This document shows positions 21,982 to 31,483 of a DNA stretch of 64,000 nt, piece after piece. Numbering within the stretch: the first letter of the stretch is position 1; the number at the start of each line of letters is the position of its first letter. Made by a program: the position numbers and the translations under genes. The stretch lies in the IMG/VR virus record IMGVR_UViG_3300033177_000258; one strand, given 5' to 3'. A model generated the notes under the pieces. The model saw only the letters and a program-made list of their open reading frames with translations. It did not search any database and was not told the DNA's origin. The DNA is from a virus (taxonomy: Duplodnaviria > Caudoviricetes).

Positions 21982-22611
21982 ATGACCGAGTCTGATACTA
22001 ACCGCGAAATCATCCAGTCCATCTGCGACATCCCCCGCTCCTGGGCTTGGAAGATACCAGATACGTCGCCTATGAACCGCATGACCCAGCGTTACGTGCC
22101 CGCCCGAGCTTTCGACATCTCGGCTTGCATCCACGGTCAGTTCTATGCCATTGAAGGCAAGCTCATTAAGACGCTCGGGGGCTTGTCTACCAATGGCATT
22201 ACCGAGTTCGAGAAGCGTTCTTTGGGTGGCGTAACGCGTGCGGGTGGTTCAGCCCTTCTGGCTATCGCCTACCACGTGCAAAAAGCCACCCCTCAGCAGA
22301 TGCGCAAACACGAACTCGCTTCCCCCAAGGTGCGGCAGCTCTTCTTGGTGCCCTGGGATAGGTGGGTCGAGTTGGAAGCTGCGCTGCCCGAGGGCGTCGG
22401 CACGGTTGCCCGTCCAGACATTGTAGCTGCAGGGGTGAGCGTGGAATGGCTGGGTAAAGGGCGCTGGGACATTGAAAAGGCTCTCTTCGACCTGCATGAA
22501 CGCTCTGACATTATGGTCTGGCCAGTAGGCATTGGCGATGAAAACTGGGTCCCGTTTGACGCCAGTCGCTTTGGGAGAGAGACAGGTGACGCTGAGCATG
22601 CAGAGGGTTAG
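21982..22611 (+). CDS. RecU-like Holliday junction resolvase (PD-(D/E)xK)
   Basis: 'KIPD...AFD.......GQFYAIEGK' and 'RAGGSALL'. Confidence 0.65.
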   Translation: MTESDTNREIIQSICDIPRSWAWKIPDTSPMNRMTQRYVPARAFDISACIHGQFYAIEGKLIKTLGGLSTNGITEFEKRSLGGVTRAGGSALLAIAYHVQKATPQQMRKHELASPKVRQLFLVPWDRWVELEAALPEGVGTVARPDIVAAGVSVEWLGKGRWDIEKALFDLHERSDIMVWPVGIGDENWVPFDASRFGRETGDAEHAEG

Positions 22612-23548
22612 GTCTGCCTACCTGGTGGCCGACAGCCAGTTTGCGCTCTCCGCGCTACCCAGCTCTTCAGTGGGGGCTGTCGTCACCTCTCCGCCCTACA
22701 TGGCTGCCAAGGAGTACGAAGAGGGCTGGACCTGGGAAGCCTACTGGCGGCTCATGTCTTCAGTCATCGCCGAGTCGTATCGTGTCCTGCTGCCGGGTGG
22801 TTGGCTGTGCATCAACATGGGCATGACCCCGATGCCGCTGGAGCCTGGCGAAACAGAGAAGGTGCAGCAGTCAGGTATCCCGCACCGCCTCTGGGCCATG
22901 ATGCAGGAGAGAGGCTTCCTCATGGACGCCGACATCATCTGGCTCAAGGCGGCCCCGAAGGGCCCCGGCCAATGGCGCATGTGGGGGTCGTTCCCTTACC
23001 CCAGCAAGATATACGTGCAGTACGGCCATGAGTACATCCTGCGCGGTCGAGTTCGCGGCCGGCGCGAAGTTCCCGAAGCGGTGAAGGAAGCCAGCCGCCT
23101 GACGAACCCGGAGTTCACTGAGTGGGCTCAGGGCGTATGGAAAGTATTCCCGCTCAACCGCAGCCGCGAACTGAAGCACCCGGCGCCCTGGCCGGTTGAG
23201 ATTCCCTATCGTCTCATTCGCATGCACAGCTTCGTGGGCGACGTGATAGTTGACCCGTTTACCGGAAGTGCCGGTACTCAACTGGCCGCCGCCAGTTGCG
23301 GCCGGCACTCATTGGGAGTGGAGAAACATGAGCAATACTGGCCCGACGCCCGGCACCGCTGCGGAGGCTCTGAGTTCATTGGCTATTCCAACCTCCGGCG
23401 ATTCGATGACCCTGCCGGCGCCGTCCGATATGTCTTCGACGGAGGAGTTGGACCGGGGGCACCAGCAGATGAGGGTGGTGCTGCTCCACTACCGCTTGCC
23501 ACTGCATCAACAGCCAGGGACCCTGGCGATGACATCATCTCAGCTTGA
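22598..23548 (+). CDS. Beta-class N4C/N6A DNA methyltransferase
   Basis: VTSPPY, then HPAPWP and DPFTGS. Confidence 0.9.
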   Translation: MQRVRSAYLVADSQFALSALPSSSVGAVVTSPPYMAAKEYEEGWTWEAYWRLMSSVIAESYRVLLPGGWLCINMGMTPMPLEPGETEKVQQSGIPHRLWAMMQERGFLMDADIIWLKAAPKGPGQWRMWGSFPYPSKIYVQYGHEYILRGRVRGRREVPEAVKEASRLTNPEFTEWAQGVWKVFPLNRSRELKHPAPWPVEIPYRLIRMHSFVGDVIVDPFTGSAGTQLAAASCGRHSLGVEKHEQYWPDARHRCGGSEFIGYSNLRRFDDPAGAVRYVFDGGVGPGAPADEGGAAPLPLATASTARDPGDDIISA

Positions 23549-23858
23549 CGGTCTGCAAACCGAGCTCGAAATGCTCAAGGTCCGGGCCAAGTCCTGGGCC
23601 GCCAAACTGGAAGACGAGTTCAGTGCTGAGAAGGCACGGGCCATGATGAAGGCCCGGAACGAAGAGGGACTCAAGAACGCAGAAGAGCGGCAAGCCTGGG
23701 TTTCAGCCCAGGTCCAGCCGACGCAGGAGCGCCTGACCCGAGCCCAGTCCTGGCTCAACCTCTACTCGGGCGCCTGCAAGGTCATTGAGACGCGCGTAAC
23801 CCTGCTTGCTTTGCAGGCATCTGGTGTGCGCTCGAACGCTTCGCTTGGAGGAGCATGA
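23529..23858 (+). CDS. Helical protein, possible UvsY-like recombination mediator
   Basis: About 109 aa, helical, directly upstream of recA; function is inferred from position. Confidence 0.4.
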   Translation: MTSSQLDGLQTELEMLKVRAKSWAAKLEDEFSAEKARAMMKARNEEGLKNAEERQAWVSAQVQPTQERLTRAQSWLNLYSGACKVIETRVTLLALQASGVRSNASLGGA

Positions 23859-25042
23859 TGGCTCGAAAGTCAAAGAAAACAGAAGAAGAAGTACCAGTGG
23901 TTGAAGAGCCGAAAGAAGGAGCGCGCCCGTTTGCGGACGCGGCCCAGACCTACACGGTCGGTTCAATGGATGACGACGACTTCGTGACGTTCTGCTTCCT
24001 GAGCACCGGCGTGCCGGCTGTGGACCTCATCCTCAAGGGCGGCTACCCCTGCGGCGTGTTCTGCCAGGTCTACGGCGAAGACCGCTCAGGGAAGACGCTC
24101 ATGTCGTTGAGAGCCGCCCGCGAGGCCCTGCTGATGGACCCGGAGGCGTGGGTGCTCTACATTGACAGCGAGCACAGCATCACTCGGGAGCTGTGCATCC
24201 TGAACGACTTCGAGCCCGACCAGCTCAAGCGTCTCTACGTGGTGCACACGGCGGTCCTGGAGGATACCCTGCGCTGGATGAAGACGGCGCTGACGGGTGA
24301 CTACTCGGACTTCCCCGAAGGCGCGCGGCCCCCGGTCAAAGCTCTGGTTGAGCAGCTCAAGCGCCCGCCCGCCCTCATCGTCTGGGACAGCGTGGCGACC
24401 GCCATCACGTCCAACGACTACGAAGCTGACCCCGGCAAGCAGGTGGGCTACTCCGGCGTTGCCAAGGTCATGCCCCGCCGCCTGCCGGCCATCGCGGCCT
24501 ACGCCTTCCACGCCAAGGTCCCCATCCTGCTGACGAACCAGGCGCGCGAGAGCCTGGACATCTTCGACAAGGAAATGAAGTTCTCGGGCGGCAAGCATCT
24601 GCGCCACACGCACTTCACCCGCCTCCTGCTGGACCGCTATCTGGACAAGAAGACCAACATCTCGACCCACAAGGTCCAGGTGTCCAAGAGCAAGCTTGTC
24701 GGCGACGGCATCCAGACGGAGTTCGTGTTCGCGCCCGAGACCGGGTTCGACTACATTGACGCCATCATCAACGGGGTGGCTCTGCCGCTCGGCATCGTCA
24801 CCAAGGCCGGCGCCTACTACCAGTGGCGCGGTCAGTCTTTCTACCTCAAGGATGCGCTCACGAAGCTCGGCGCGCAGATAAAGGACCTGGTAGCGGACAT
24901 CCGCGCCGCCAGCGGCATCCCCCTGCTGGGCGGCCGCAGTCTCGACAGGTTCATTGAGAAGCGCTTGGCTTCCATCAAGGAGGCGGAAGACGGTGGTGGC
25001 GACAACGAGTTCGCCGAAGAGCCAGGAGAGGGCGCCGAGTAG
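23855..25042 (+). CDS. recA: RecA/UvsX recombinase
   Basis: STG..AVD, GEDRSGKT, YIDSEH, IVWDSVA, TNQ.R, SGGK.L. Confidence 0.92.
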   Translation: MMARKSKKTEEEVPVVEEPKEGARPFADAAQTYTVGSMDDDDFVTFCFLSTGVPAVDLILKGGYPCGVFCQVYGEDRSGKTLMSLRAAREALLMDPEAWVLYIDSEHSITRELCILNDFEPDQLKRLYVVHTAVLEDTLRWMKTALTGDYSDFPEGARPPVKALVEQLKRPPALIVWDSVATAITSNDYEADPGKQVGYSGVAKVMPRRLPAIAAYAFHAKVPILLTNQARESLDIFDKEMKFSGGKHLRHTHFTRLLLDRYLDKKTNISTHKVQVSKSKLVGDGIQTEFVFAPETGFDYIDAIINGVALPLGIVTKAGAYYQWRGQSFYLKDALTKLGAQIKDLVADIRAASGIPLLGGRSLDRFIEKRLASIKEAEDGGGDNEFAEEPGEGAE

Positions 25043-25046
25043 AGGG

Positions 25047-25304
25047 CTGAAGCCCCACAAGACGCTTCGCTTCTACCTTTGGCTTGTACAGCAGGGTAGG
25101 TGCATCTGGTGCAAGCGCAATCACCCGTTCGGGACGACGACGTTGGAACACATCCATCCCAAAAGCGAACAAGGGGCACTCGGGGTAAGCAACCTGGCGG
25201 TGGCTTGCCCCGAGTGCAACAGTTCGCGCCGACAACAGCCTTCATCGCAGAAAGGTTCTCCGAATGTCTCAACGTCAACAGCTCCTGGATGCAACCAGGG
25301 CTAA
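25047..25304 (+). CDS. Small HNH endonuclease (start uncertain)
   Basis: QQGRCIWC...EHIHPKS.....NLAVACPECN; only a CTG start is available after recA. Confidence 0.65.
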   Translation: MKPHKTLRFYLWLVQQGRCIWCKRNHPFGTTTLEHIHPKSEQGALGVSNLAVACPECNSSRRQQPSSQKGSPNVSTSTAPGCNQG

Positions 25305-26553
25305 GGTTTTCAACTGCAAGTTGTGCCCGCTTCGCGAGCATGCGAAGCAGACCGTGTGGGGGGAAGGCCCTATTGACGCTCCGGTCTTCATCATCGGTGA
25401 AGCGCCGGGAGCGGACGAAGACGAGCAGGGGCGCCCGTTCGTGGGCCGTGCTGGCAAGGTGCTCGATGACGCGCTGAAGACAGCGGGGCTCGACCGCCAG
25501 GCACTCTATGTGGACAATGTGCTGTCATGTCGTCCTCCGAACAACAGCTTCCCGGATGACCCGACTCCGGTCCAGTCTTGCCTGCCCTACCTCAACGACA
25601 ATCTCGCCGCCGTGCTGCCCGAAGTAGCTGTGGTGCTGGGCGCCAACGCCTACAAGTCCATCTTCGACGGCCGCCCGCAGATGATGATGAGCAAGACGCG
25701 GGGCACCGTGTTCATGCACCAGTTCTTCGCCAACGGCCGACCGCTGGCGCTGCCGATGGTGCTGAGCTACCACCCCTCATACGTCGCACGCCGGGGCGGC
25801 TCAGACACGCGCGAGTACCGCGAGCTGGTCGAAGACATCAAGTTTGCTGCAACGCTAGCGGAGACCAGGCGCCAAGTCCCGGAAATCTTCGCCGGTGTCG
25901 TTACCTCGCTGCCGGAGCCCGTTCAGGCGGTTACGCGCGCGGCGCTGGAGCGGGCCCCCGATACCTTCACCAAAGCCCCCGCGTCATCATCCGGCAAGCA
26001 TCACCCCGCATGGGCCAACGAAGATGGCGGCCTGCTGTCGCATAGCCTGGGCGTGTCCTACATCGCCGGGGAAATCGCCGCCCGGATGGGCGAGGAGCAG
26101 TTCGTTACCATCTTGCGCGCGGCCGGCCTGCTGCACGACCTCATTAAGTGGGGTTACGGGAGCCAGGGGTACAAGAGCGACTACAAGCATCACGAGGCAA
26201 TATCTTCTGGTTTCGTGGCAGCGGTTGCTGACCGGATGGGCCTGTACGAAGACGGCAACGTCTTGCGTCTACTCTGCGCCATCGGCACCCACGCGGGCCA
26301 GTGGGGCGACAACCGCCCGCGCATCTGGTATGAGTTGGCGCTGCATCTCGGCGACTTGCTCATGTCCAACAAGAACATGCCCGACCCCCTGCACATTTCG
26401 GTAGTCACACAGGACGCCAAAGAGGCGCTCACTGAGCTCTCGCGCATCCAGGACTACAGCTCCATACCGCGCTCTGCTGAAGCGATAGATGCTGCGCGCG
26501 CCGTCGTTACCGCCCTGCGGCCGGGCTTTGCTCGTTCGCTACTCAGAAAGTGA
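25264..26553 (+). CDS. Family-4 uracil-DNA glycosylase fused to an HD domain
   Basis: CKLCPL, GEAPG, PFVG.AG, SYHPS; C-terminal HH..GGL..H, LLHD. Confidence 0.88.
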   Translation: MSQRQQLLDATRAKVFNCKLCPLREHAKQTVWGEGPIDAPVFIIGEAPGADEDEQGRPFVGRAGKVLDDALKTAGLDRQALYVDNVLSCRPPNNSFPDDPTPVQSCLPYLNDNLAAVLPEVAVVLGANAYKSIFDGRPQMMMSKTRGTVFMHQFFANGRPLALPMVLSYHPSYVARRGGSDTREYRELVEDIKFAATLAETRRQVPEIFAGVVTSLPEPVQAVTRAALERAPDTFTKAPASSSGKHHPAWANEDGGLLSHSLGVSYIAGEIAARMGEEQFVTILRAAGLLHDLIKWGYGSQGYKSDYKHHEAISSGFVAAVADRMGLYEDGNVLRLLCAIGTHAGQWGDNRPRIWYELALHLGDLLMSNKNMPDPLHISVVTQDAKEALTELSRIQDYSSIPRSAEAIDAARAVVTALRPGFARSLLRK

Positions 26554-26564
26554 GGGCTTGACCT

Positions 26565-27185
26565 ATGCAGTACAGCGGCACCCCCATCATGGCCCTGGAG
26601 GCCCCGAGCCAAGAGCGCCTGATTGAGGCGTTCTGGTCATCCGGCTTGTGTGCGCTTCAGGTGGTGAACCCGAAAGTCTTTGCGCGCCCTTTGCCGGCGC
26701 AAGAGGGCGAGCACAACGCCGTGCACGACGCCGCGTCGGCGGCCCTGCGGTCCAGCACATTGTCTCGCTACGTCGCGCTGGACATGACCCATAACGTAGA
26801 GCCGGAGACGATGGCGGCTGCCGTCGCGCTTTGCATGGTCACGCAGGCCGAGCTCCTCGTGGTCTCCGAGTACGGCCACTTCCCCATGCTCTTCCGGCAA
26901 CTGCTGCAGGTGAATGAAGTCGCCGACGCCGACGCACTCATTGCACTCGCTGGTCAGCTACTAGGTAAGGACCACGAAGAGCGACGCATGAACATCCCCC
27001 TGATGGCGACGCTCTCCCTGCCGGTTGAGGGCGCGGGCGGCGTATCGCTCGGGGACGCGGACAAGGTGATGGAGCTCCTGCGTCTCGCGTTCAACAACGC
27101 GGCGAACATCAAGCCGGCCCCGGACCACATCATCATCCACGCCATGGCCAGTGTGGTCATGCCGAAACCCCTGTTGGAGGGCTAA
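26565..27185 (+). CDS. Hypothetical protein
   Basis: Collinear ORF. Confidence 0.65.
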   Translation: MQYSGTPIMALEAPSQERLIEAFWSSGLCALQVVNPKVFARPLPAQEGEHNAVHDAASAALRSSTLSRYVALDMTHNVEPETMAAAVALCMVTQAELLVVSEYGHFPMLFRQLLQVNEVADADALIALAGQLLGKDHEERRMNIPLMATLSLPVEGAGGVSLGDADKVMELLRLAFNNAANIKPAPDHIIIHAMASVVMPKPLLEG

Positions 27186-27186
27186 C

Positions 27187-28014
27187 ATGGAACTGCACGT
27201 CTTTGGCACCCAAGAAACCATCCACCTCTCGTACAGCGAGATTCCGTGGGATGTAGACACGAAGCAGCGCACCGACCTGGACCCCGGCACCGGCGAACCC
27301 ATGATGGAGTTCGTGCTCGACGCCGATGGCAAGATGAAGCGAGACGAAAACCTCAACCCGCTGATGCGGGCGGCGGACGGTAGCGAAGTCCCGGTGAAGA
27401 CCGACGTGTGGGTCGAGAACCGCGCTTTCACCGTCCCCTTCGGCCCCTGCTGCATCAACCAGGAAGTCAAGCAGACGCAGTACGCCGACCGCCCCGACGT
27501 GCAGGTCTGTCGCGGCACCTGCTGCCGCCAGCCGGTCTCAGTGAAGGTTAGCACCATCGCGGCCATCCTCAAGCACATGGATGGCATCCTCAAGCACATG
27601 CCCCCGGCGAACGCGAAGCTGGCTTCGCTGGCGAGCCCGTTCCGCCACGAGTCCATCCGCCCGATGCCCGATGGCTCCTGTATCTTCTGGAACCCGGTCA
27701 ACGGCCAGTGCGCGCTGTACAACTACGCCCAGGCCAACGGCCTGGATGTGAACCGCCTGCGGCCCATCCCATGCTCGCTGTTCCCCCTGCAGATTCAGGC
27801 CGGCTGGCTCGACCAGACCCCGCGCTACTTCGCGATGTTCATTGACCCCATCGTGATGCAGCAGCACAACATCGCCTGCCCCACGGCCGGCAATGGTGCC
27901 TGCAAGCCGGCGTACCTGAGCCTGAAGCGCGAGTTCGACACCGCCTTCGGGGAAGGCTTCTGGGAGGTCATGGTAGACGTGTATGAGCGGCACTTCAGAC
28001 CAAAGCACGAGTAG
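27187..28014 (+). CDS. Cys-cluster protein (DUF3109/YkgJ-like)
   Basis: C.GTCC, GSCIF....GQCAL, RPIPCSLFPL; GGAGGG SD. Confidence 0.7.
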   Translation: MELHVFGTQETIHLSYSEIPWDVDTKQRTDLDPGTGEPMMEFVLDADGKMKRDENLNPLMRAADGSEVPVKTDVWVENRAFTVPFGPCCINQEVKQTQYADRPDVQVCRGTCCRQPVSVKVSTIAAILKHMDGILKHMPPANAKLASLASPFRHESIRPMPDGSCIFWNPVNGQCALYNYAQANGLDVNRLRPIPCSLFPLQIQAGWLDQTPRYFAMFIDPIVMQQHNIACPTAGNGACKPAYLSLKREFDTAFGEGFWEVMVDVYERHFRPKHE

Positions 28015-28041
28015 GCTCACGGCGCTTTTCAGGTATATTCC

Positions 28042-28307
28042 GCAAGACGACGGCGACGGTAGACCCGCGCGGGACGAGTCAGAAGTGCTCGCGGTGTGGG
28101 CACGTTGCGCGGGGCAACCGCGTCAGCCAGTCAGAGTTCCAGTGCCAGAAGTGCGGCTTTCGAATCAACGCTGACCTCAACGCGGGACGGAATGTGAAGG
28201 GGAAGTACCTGGTCCGAGAGGGCAGCGCCGTCTCGGGCGGGCCGCGTCAACCGGCCTAATGCAGCGTGTTGTTTGCGGCTGCAAGCTGCCTTCGGGTAGT
28301 GGTTGAC
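28042..28307 (+). mobile_element. Orphan 3' remnant of the tnpB2 element (omegaRNA plus right end)
   Basis: Near-identical to 6338..6603; ends GGTAGTGGTTGAC. Confidence 0.9.
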
Positions 28308-28345
28308 GGTGGATGTTTACTACTATTGGCTTTGTGTAGAACGTA

Positions 28346-28783
28346 ATGTTCACAACGGGAATATCCCAATTGTTGGCTACCGCTAGCGAACGCGTGTCCA
28401 CGCCCGAGGGTCTGTTCGCGGCTCTTGGGCGCCTGGAGACGTTCATCGTGGAGCTCTCAGAGTCGCTGAGCGAGAGCAAACCCGAGCACGCCGTCGCCGC
28501 CGCGTTTCTTTCGGACGATGACATCGTGTCGGCTGTCCGCAGTATGTGCGCCGAGTATCTTCTCTCGGCCTGGTTCATGGGCAGCCTCAACGAAGCCATC
28601 AAGTCCAACTCGATTCCGTCGCAGCGCTTCACACCAGACGCCATTGTGAAAGCCATGACCAAGTTGCAGCGTATGGCCAAGCCGGTGGGCGAGACGGGAG
28701 CGAAGGTCGAGCAAGCCCTGGAAGCACTCATGCCCGCAGAAGGCACCGCAGCACCAGTTGCACTATCCGAGAAAGGATTGTAG
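28346..28783 (+). CDS. Hypothetical protein
   Basis: Collinear ORF. Confidence 0.6.
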   Translation: MFTTGISQLLATASERVSTPEGLFAALGRLETFIVELSESLSESKPEHAVAAAFLSDDDIVSAVRSMCAEYLLSAWFMGSLNEAIKSNSIPSQRFTPDAIVKAMTKLQRMAKPVGETGAKVEQALEALMPAEGTAAPVALSEKGL

Positions 28784-28799
28784 CCAGAGAGGAATCGCA

Positions 28800-31418
28800 A
28801 TGTCAAACAAAGTGGATAAGAGCCCGGTCGTCAGCACGTCTGTCCGTAGTCTCGCTGCCGCCATCGGCGTCAAGGAGCTGGATGTCTCGATTGCCAAGAT
28901 GGCGTTCGTGCAGGGCATGAAGCGCGAGCAGATTTCCACCGCGCTCGGGCTCAGTTTCCGCAACGTGCAGGCCCGTCTGCACACGTTCGCGCAGTTCCAT
29001 AAGGCGGCCGACATGCCCCCCGTGGACGCCGTTGATGCGCTGATGGGAATGCACGACGACGACCTTGAGTACACCCCGCCTGCCGAGCGCTACCGCAAGC
29101 GGCTTCAGGCGCAGGCACAGGCCATTGCCCGCCTGCACGAGTCGCTCAACAAGCGACAGGTTGTCATTGACAACGTGGTCGCGGCCCTCGTCGCCGAGCT
29201 GGGCACCTACGACCCGTCTCCCTATACGCCCATCCCGATGGAGGGCCGCAAGGGCCGGCCCGAGTACGCCATGCTGGAGCTCAGCGACTGGCAGTTCGGG
29301 TCGAACTGGACTGGCGAAGACGTGGCCGGTCTGAACGAAATGAGCACCACCATCCTGGAGCAGCGCGTCGAACTGCTGACCCAGCGCGTGCTCCACCTCA
29401 TTGACCTGCAGCGCTCCGCCGTGAACATCCCATGGCTGGTCATCAACGCCCTGGGCGACTTCATCGAGAACGAAATCATCTGGGAGAGCCAGGGCACGTA
29501 CATTGATATGAACGCCTCCGACCAGATGATGGCGTGCCTAGAGTCCATGGAGAAGATGATGGTGACGTTCCTCCAGCACGGCGGCTTCGAGGAAATTAGG
29601 ATGTACTGTTTCCCCGCTGGCACGCCGGTCCTAATGGGCGACCTCAAGCAGAAGCCCATCGAGGATGTGTCGGTAGGGGATGAGGTCATCACGCACACGG
29701 GAGCGAGGAGAAAGGTTACTCGCACCGGCTCCCGTATTGCTGGTTCGGTCGTATCCATCGAAGCGGAGGGTTTGCCCAAGGCCATCAATGCGACTCCCGA
29801 GCACCCATTCTTCGCCATAAAGGGCGACGGGGTGGTTTGTGCTCGCTACCCATCTTTCCAGAAGATGGGACGACGTTGTTGGCTACAAGAGCGCGACGTA
29901 GAGCACCACCCATGTTGCAGTTGCAATTCCAGACCCAATCCCAAGGCGGAGTGGGTGAAAGCGGCCGACCTCGTAGAGGGGGATTACTTGCTGGTTCCCA
30001 CTACGTCGGGCTTGGTGGACAACCCGACCCCAATTGGCCCTGACCACGATGCCTTCTCTGGGTGTGTTGTGCGGCGATACGGAGAGAGGTTTTCGGTTAG
30101 CAACTCGGAGCGCGCAGCCATGCAGGAACGTATGGGTGAGGTCAAGTCCATGCTGCCATTCGAGTTCTCTCCCCGCAATATGCGCATACTTGGTTTGTGG
30201 GTGGCAGAGGGTAGTGTGGGGGGTCCGACTGAGGGACAGCCCAATTCGCTCAGCTTCTCGTTCGGGGCGCATGAGGCGGAAACGCTGGCGCGCGATGTCG
30301 TTGAGTGGGCGCGGGATATGGGGGTGTCTAATGAAGACATCCGGCAGAACCTCCAAAATGAGAATAAATCTGCATTGGTAGTTACCCTGAACAACACGAT
30401 GCTAGCCCGTCTCTTTGTCTACCTGGCCGGGAAGGGGGCAGCGGAGAAGAGCCTCCATTCGTCGCTGCTGATGATGGACCCATCGCTCCAACGGGAGCTG
30501 CTGATGGGCATGTGTGACGGCGACGGGACACGCTATGAGAAGGGGGCTTGTAGGGGTGCGCATCTGCGCTACTACACAGTATCGTCTTCACTGGCTGAAG
30601 ACGCCAGGAGATTGGCTCTTCGCTGTGGTTTCCTGACATCTAATCAGGTGAGTGAGAGAGGAGACGGTCGTCTGCCCCAGCATTCCGTATGCCTCTCCCA
30701 CCCGGATATCCCAGGTTCGGGGGACGGGAACGCGGGGAGGACGAAGCGTTGGGGAGGGTACATCGCGTTGCCCATCAGACAGATAACGGCGGAGACCGCC
30801 GAGACTGTGGTATACAACCTGGAAGTCGAGATTGACCACTCGTATGTGGCAGGAGATGCTGCTGTTCACAACTGCGTGGCAGGTAACCACGGCAGAATGG
30901 GAAAGAAACCAAACTCTATGCACTGGAAGAACAACTGGGACTTCCTGCTGTACCGCTTCCTGGCGCGCCGCTTCAAGAACGAGCCCCGCGTCAAGTTCAT
31001 CATCGGCACGTCGCCCTGGCTCGCCTACCGGCTGCCGCAGGCCCCGCGCTGGAACCACGTCATCCTGCACGGAGACACCATCCCGAACAACCTGGGCATC
31101 CCGTACTACGGCATCAACCGCGAGGTCGCCAAGATGGCAACCCTGACGAACATGCCGGTGCACCTGGTCCACCTCGGCCACTTCCACCAGCCGTCCATCC
31201 TGGACAACACCTACGGCGCCAAAATCATCAACGGCTGTCTCACCGGCGCCTCGCCGTTCTCAGTGGGCAAGTTGCTGATGGGTGGCCTGCCGCAGCAGTT
31301 GCTGTTCGGCGTTCACCCGGAACACGGGCGCACCTGGAACTACCCGGTGCTGCTCGCCAACATGCCGGAAGTCACTGCCGATGACGAAGGCGTCTACTCG
31401 TCCTACGTCGAGGAGTAG
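28800..31418 (+). CDS. Calcineurin-like metallophosphoesterase with N-terminal HTH, interrupted by an intein
   Basis: LSDWQ, LGDFIE, GNHG, LHGD, GHFH. Confidence 0.85.
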   Translation: MSNKVDKSPVVSTSVRSLAAAIGVKELDVSIAKMAFVQGMKREQISTALGLSFRNVQARLHTFAQFHKAADMPPVDAVDALMGMHDDDLEYTPPAERYRKRLQAQAQAIARLHESLNKRQVVIDNVVAALVAELGTYDPSPYTPIPMEGRKGRPEYAMLELSDWQFGSNWTGEDVAGLNEMSTTILEQRVELLTQRVLHLIDLQRSAVNIPWLVINALGDFIENEIIWESQGTYIDMNASDQMMACLESMEKMMVTFLQHGGFEEIRMYCFPAGTPVLMGDLKQKPIEDVSVGDEVITHTGARRKVTRTGSRIAGSVVSIEAEGLPKAINATPEHPFFAIKGDGVVCARYPSFQKMGRRCWLQERDVEHHPCCSCNSRPNPKAEWVKAADLVEGDYLLVPTTSGLVDNPTPIGPDHDAFSGCVVRRYGERFSVSNSERAAMQERMGEVKSMLPFEFSPRNMRILGLWVAEGSVGGPTEGQPNSLSFSFGAHEAETLARDVVEWARDMGVSNEDIRQNLQNENKSALVVTLNNTMLARLFVYLAGKGAAEKSLHSSLLMMDPSLQRELLMGMCDGDGTRYEKGACRGAHLRYYTVSSSLAEDARRLALRCGFLTSNQVSERGDGRLPQHSVCLSHPDIPGSGDGNAGRTKRWGGYIALPIRQITAETAETVVYNLEVEIDHSYVAGDAAVHNCVAGNHGRMGKKPNSMHWKNNWDFLLYRFLARRFKNEPRVKFIIGTSPWLAYRLPQAPRWNHVILHGDTIPNNLGIPYYGINREVAKMATLTNMPVHLVHLGHFHQPSILDNTYGAKIINGCLTGASPFSVGKLLMGGLPQQLLFGVHPEHGRTWNYPVLLANMPEVTADDEGVYSSYVEE
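29607..30872 (+). mobile_element. Intein with LAGLIDADG endonuclease (422 aa)
   Basis: CFPAGT start, TPEHP block B, LGLWVAEGS and GMCDGDG, VYNLEV...VHN/C. Confidence 0.93.
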
Positions 31419-31421
31419 GGG

Positions 31422-31450
31422 TTGACGGCCGTCCTTCTTTGTGGTAGAGT
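31422..31450 (+). promoter_or_regulatory. Sigma70-type promoter
   Basis: TTGACG-17-TAGAGT with TGn extension, intergenic. Confidence 0.65.
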
Positions 31451-31483
31451 GTCCAAAGCAACTTAACACTCCGGGAGGGAGTA

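Noticed and set aside
23141-23151. Minus-strand GGAATACTTT inside the MTase gene
   Set aside because: It is intragenic and antisense with no nearby gene, so it was treated as chance and not counted.
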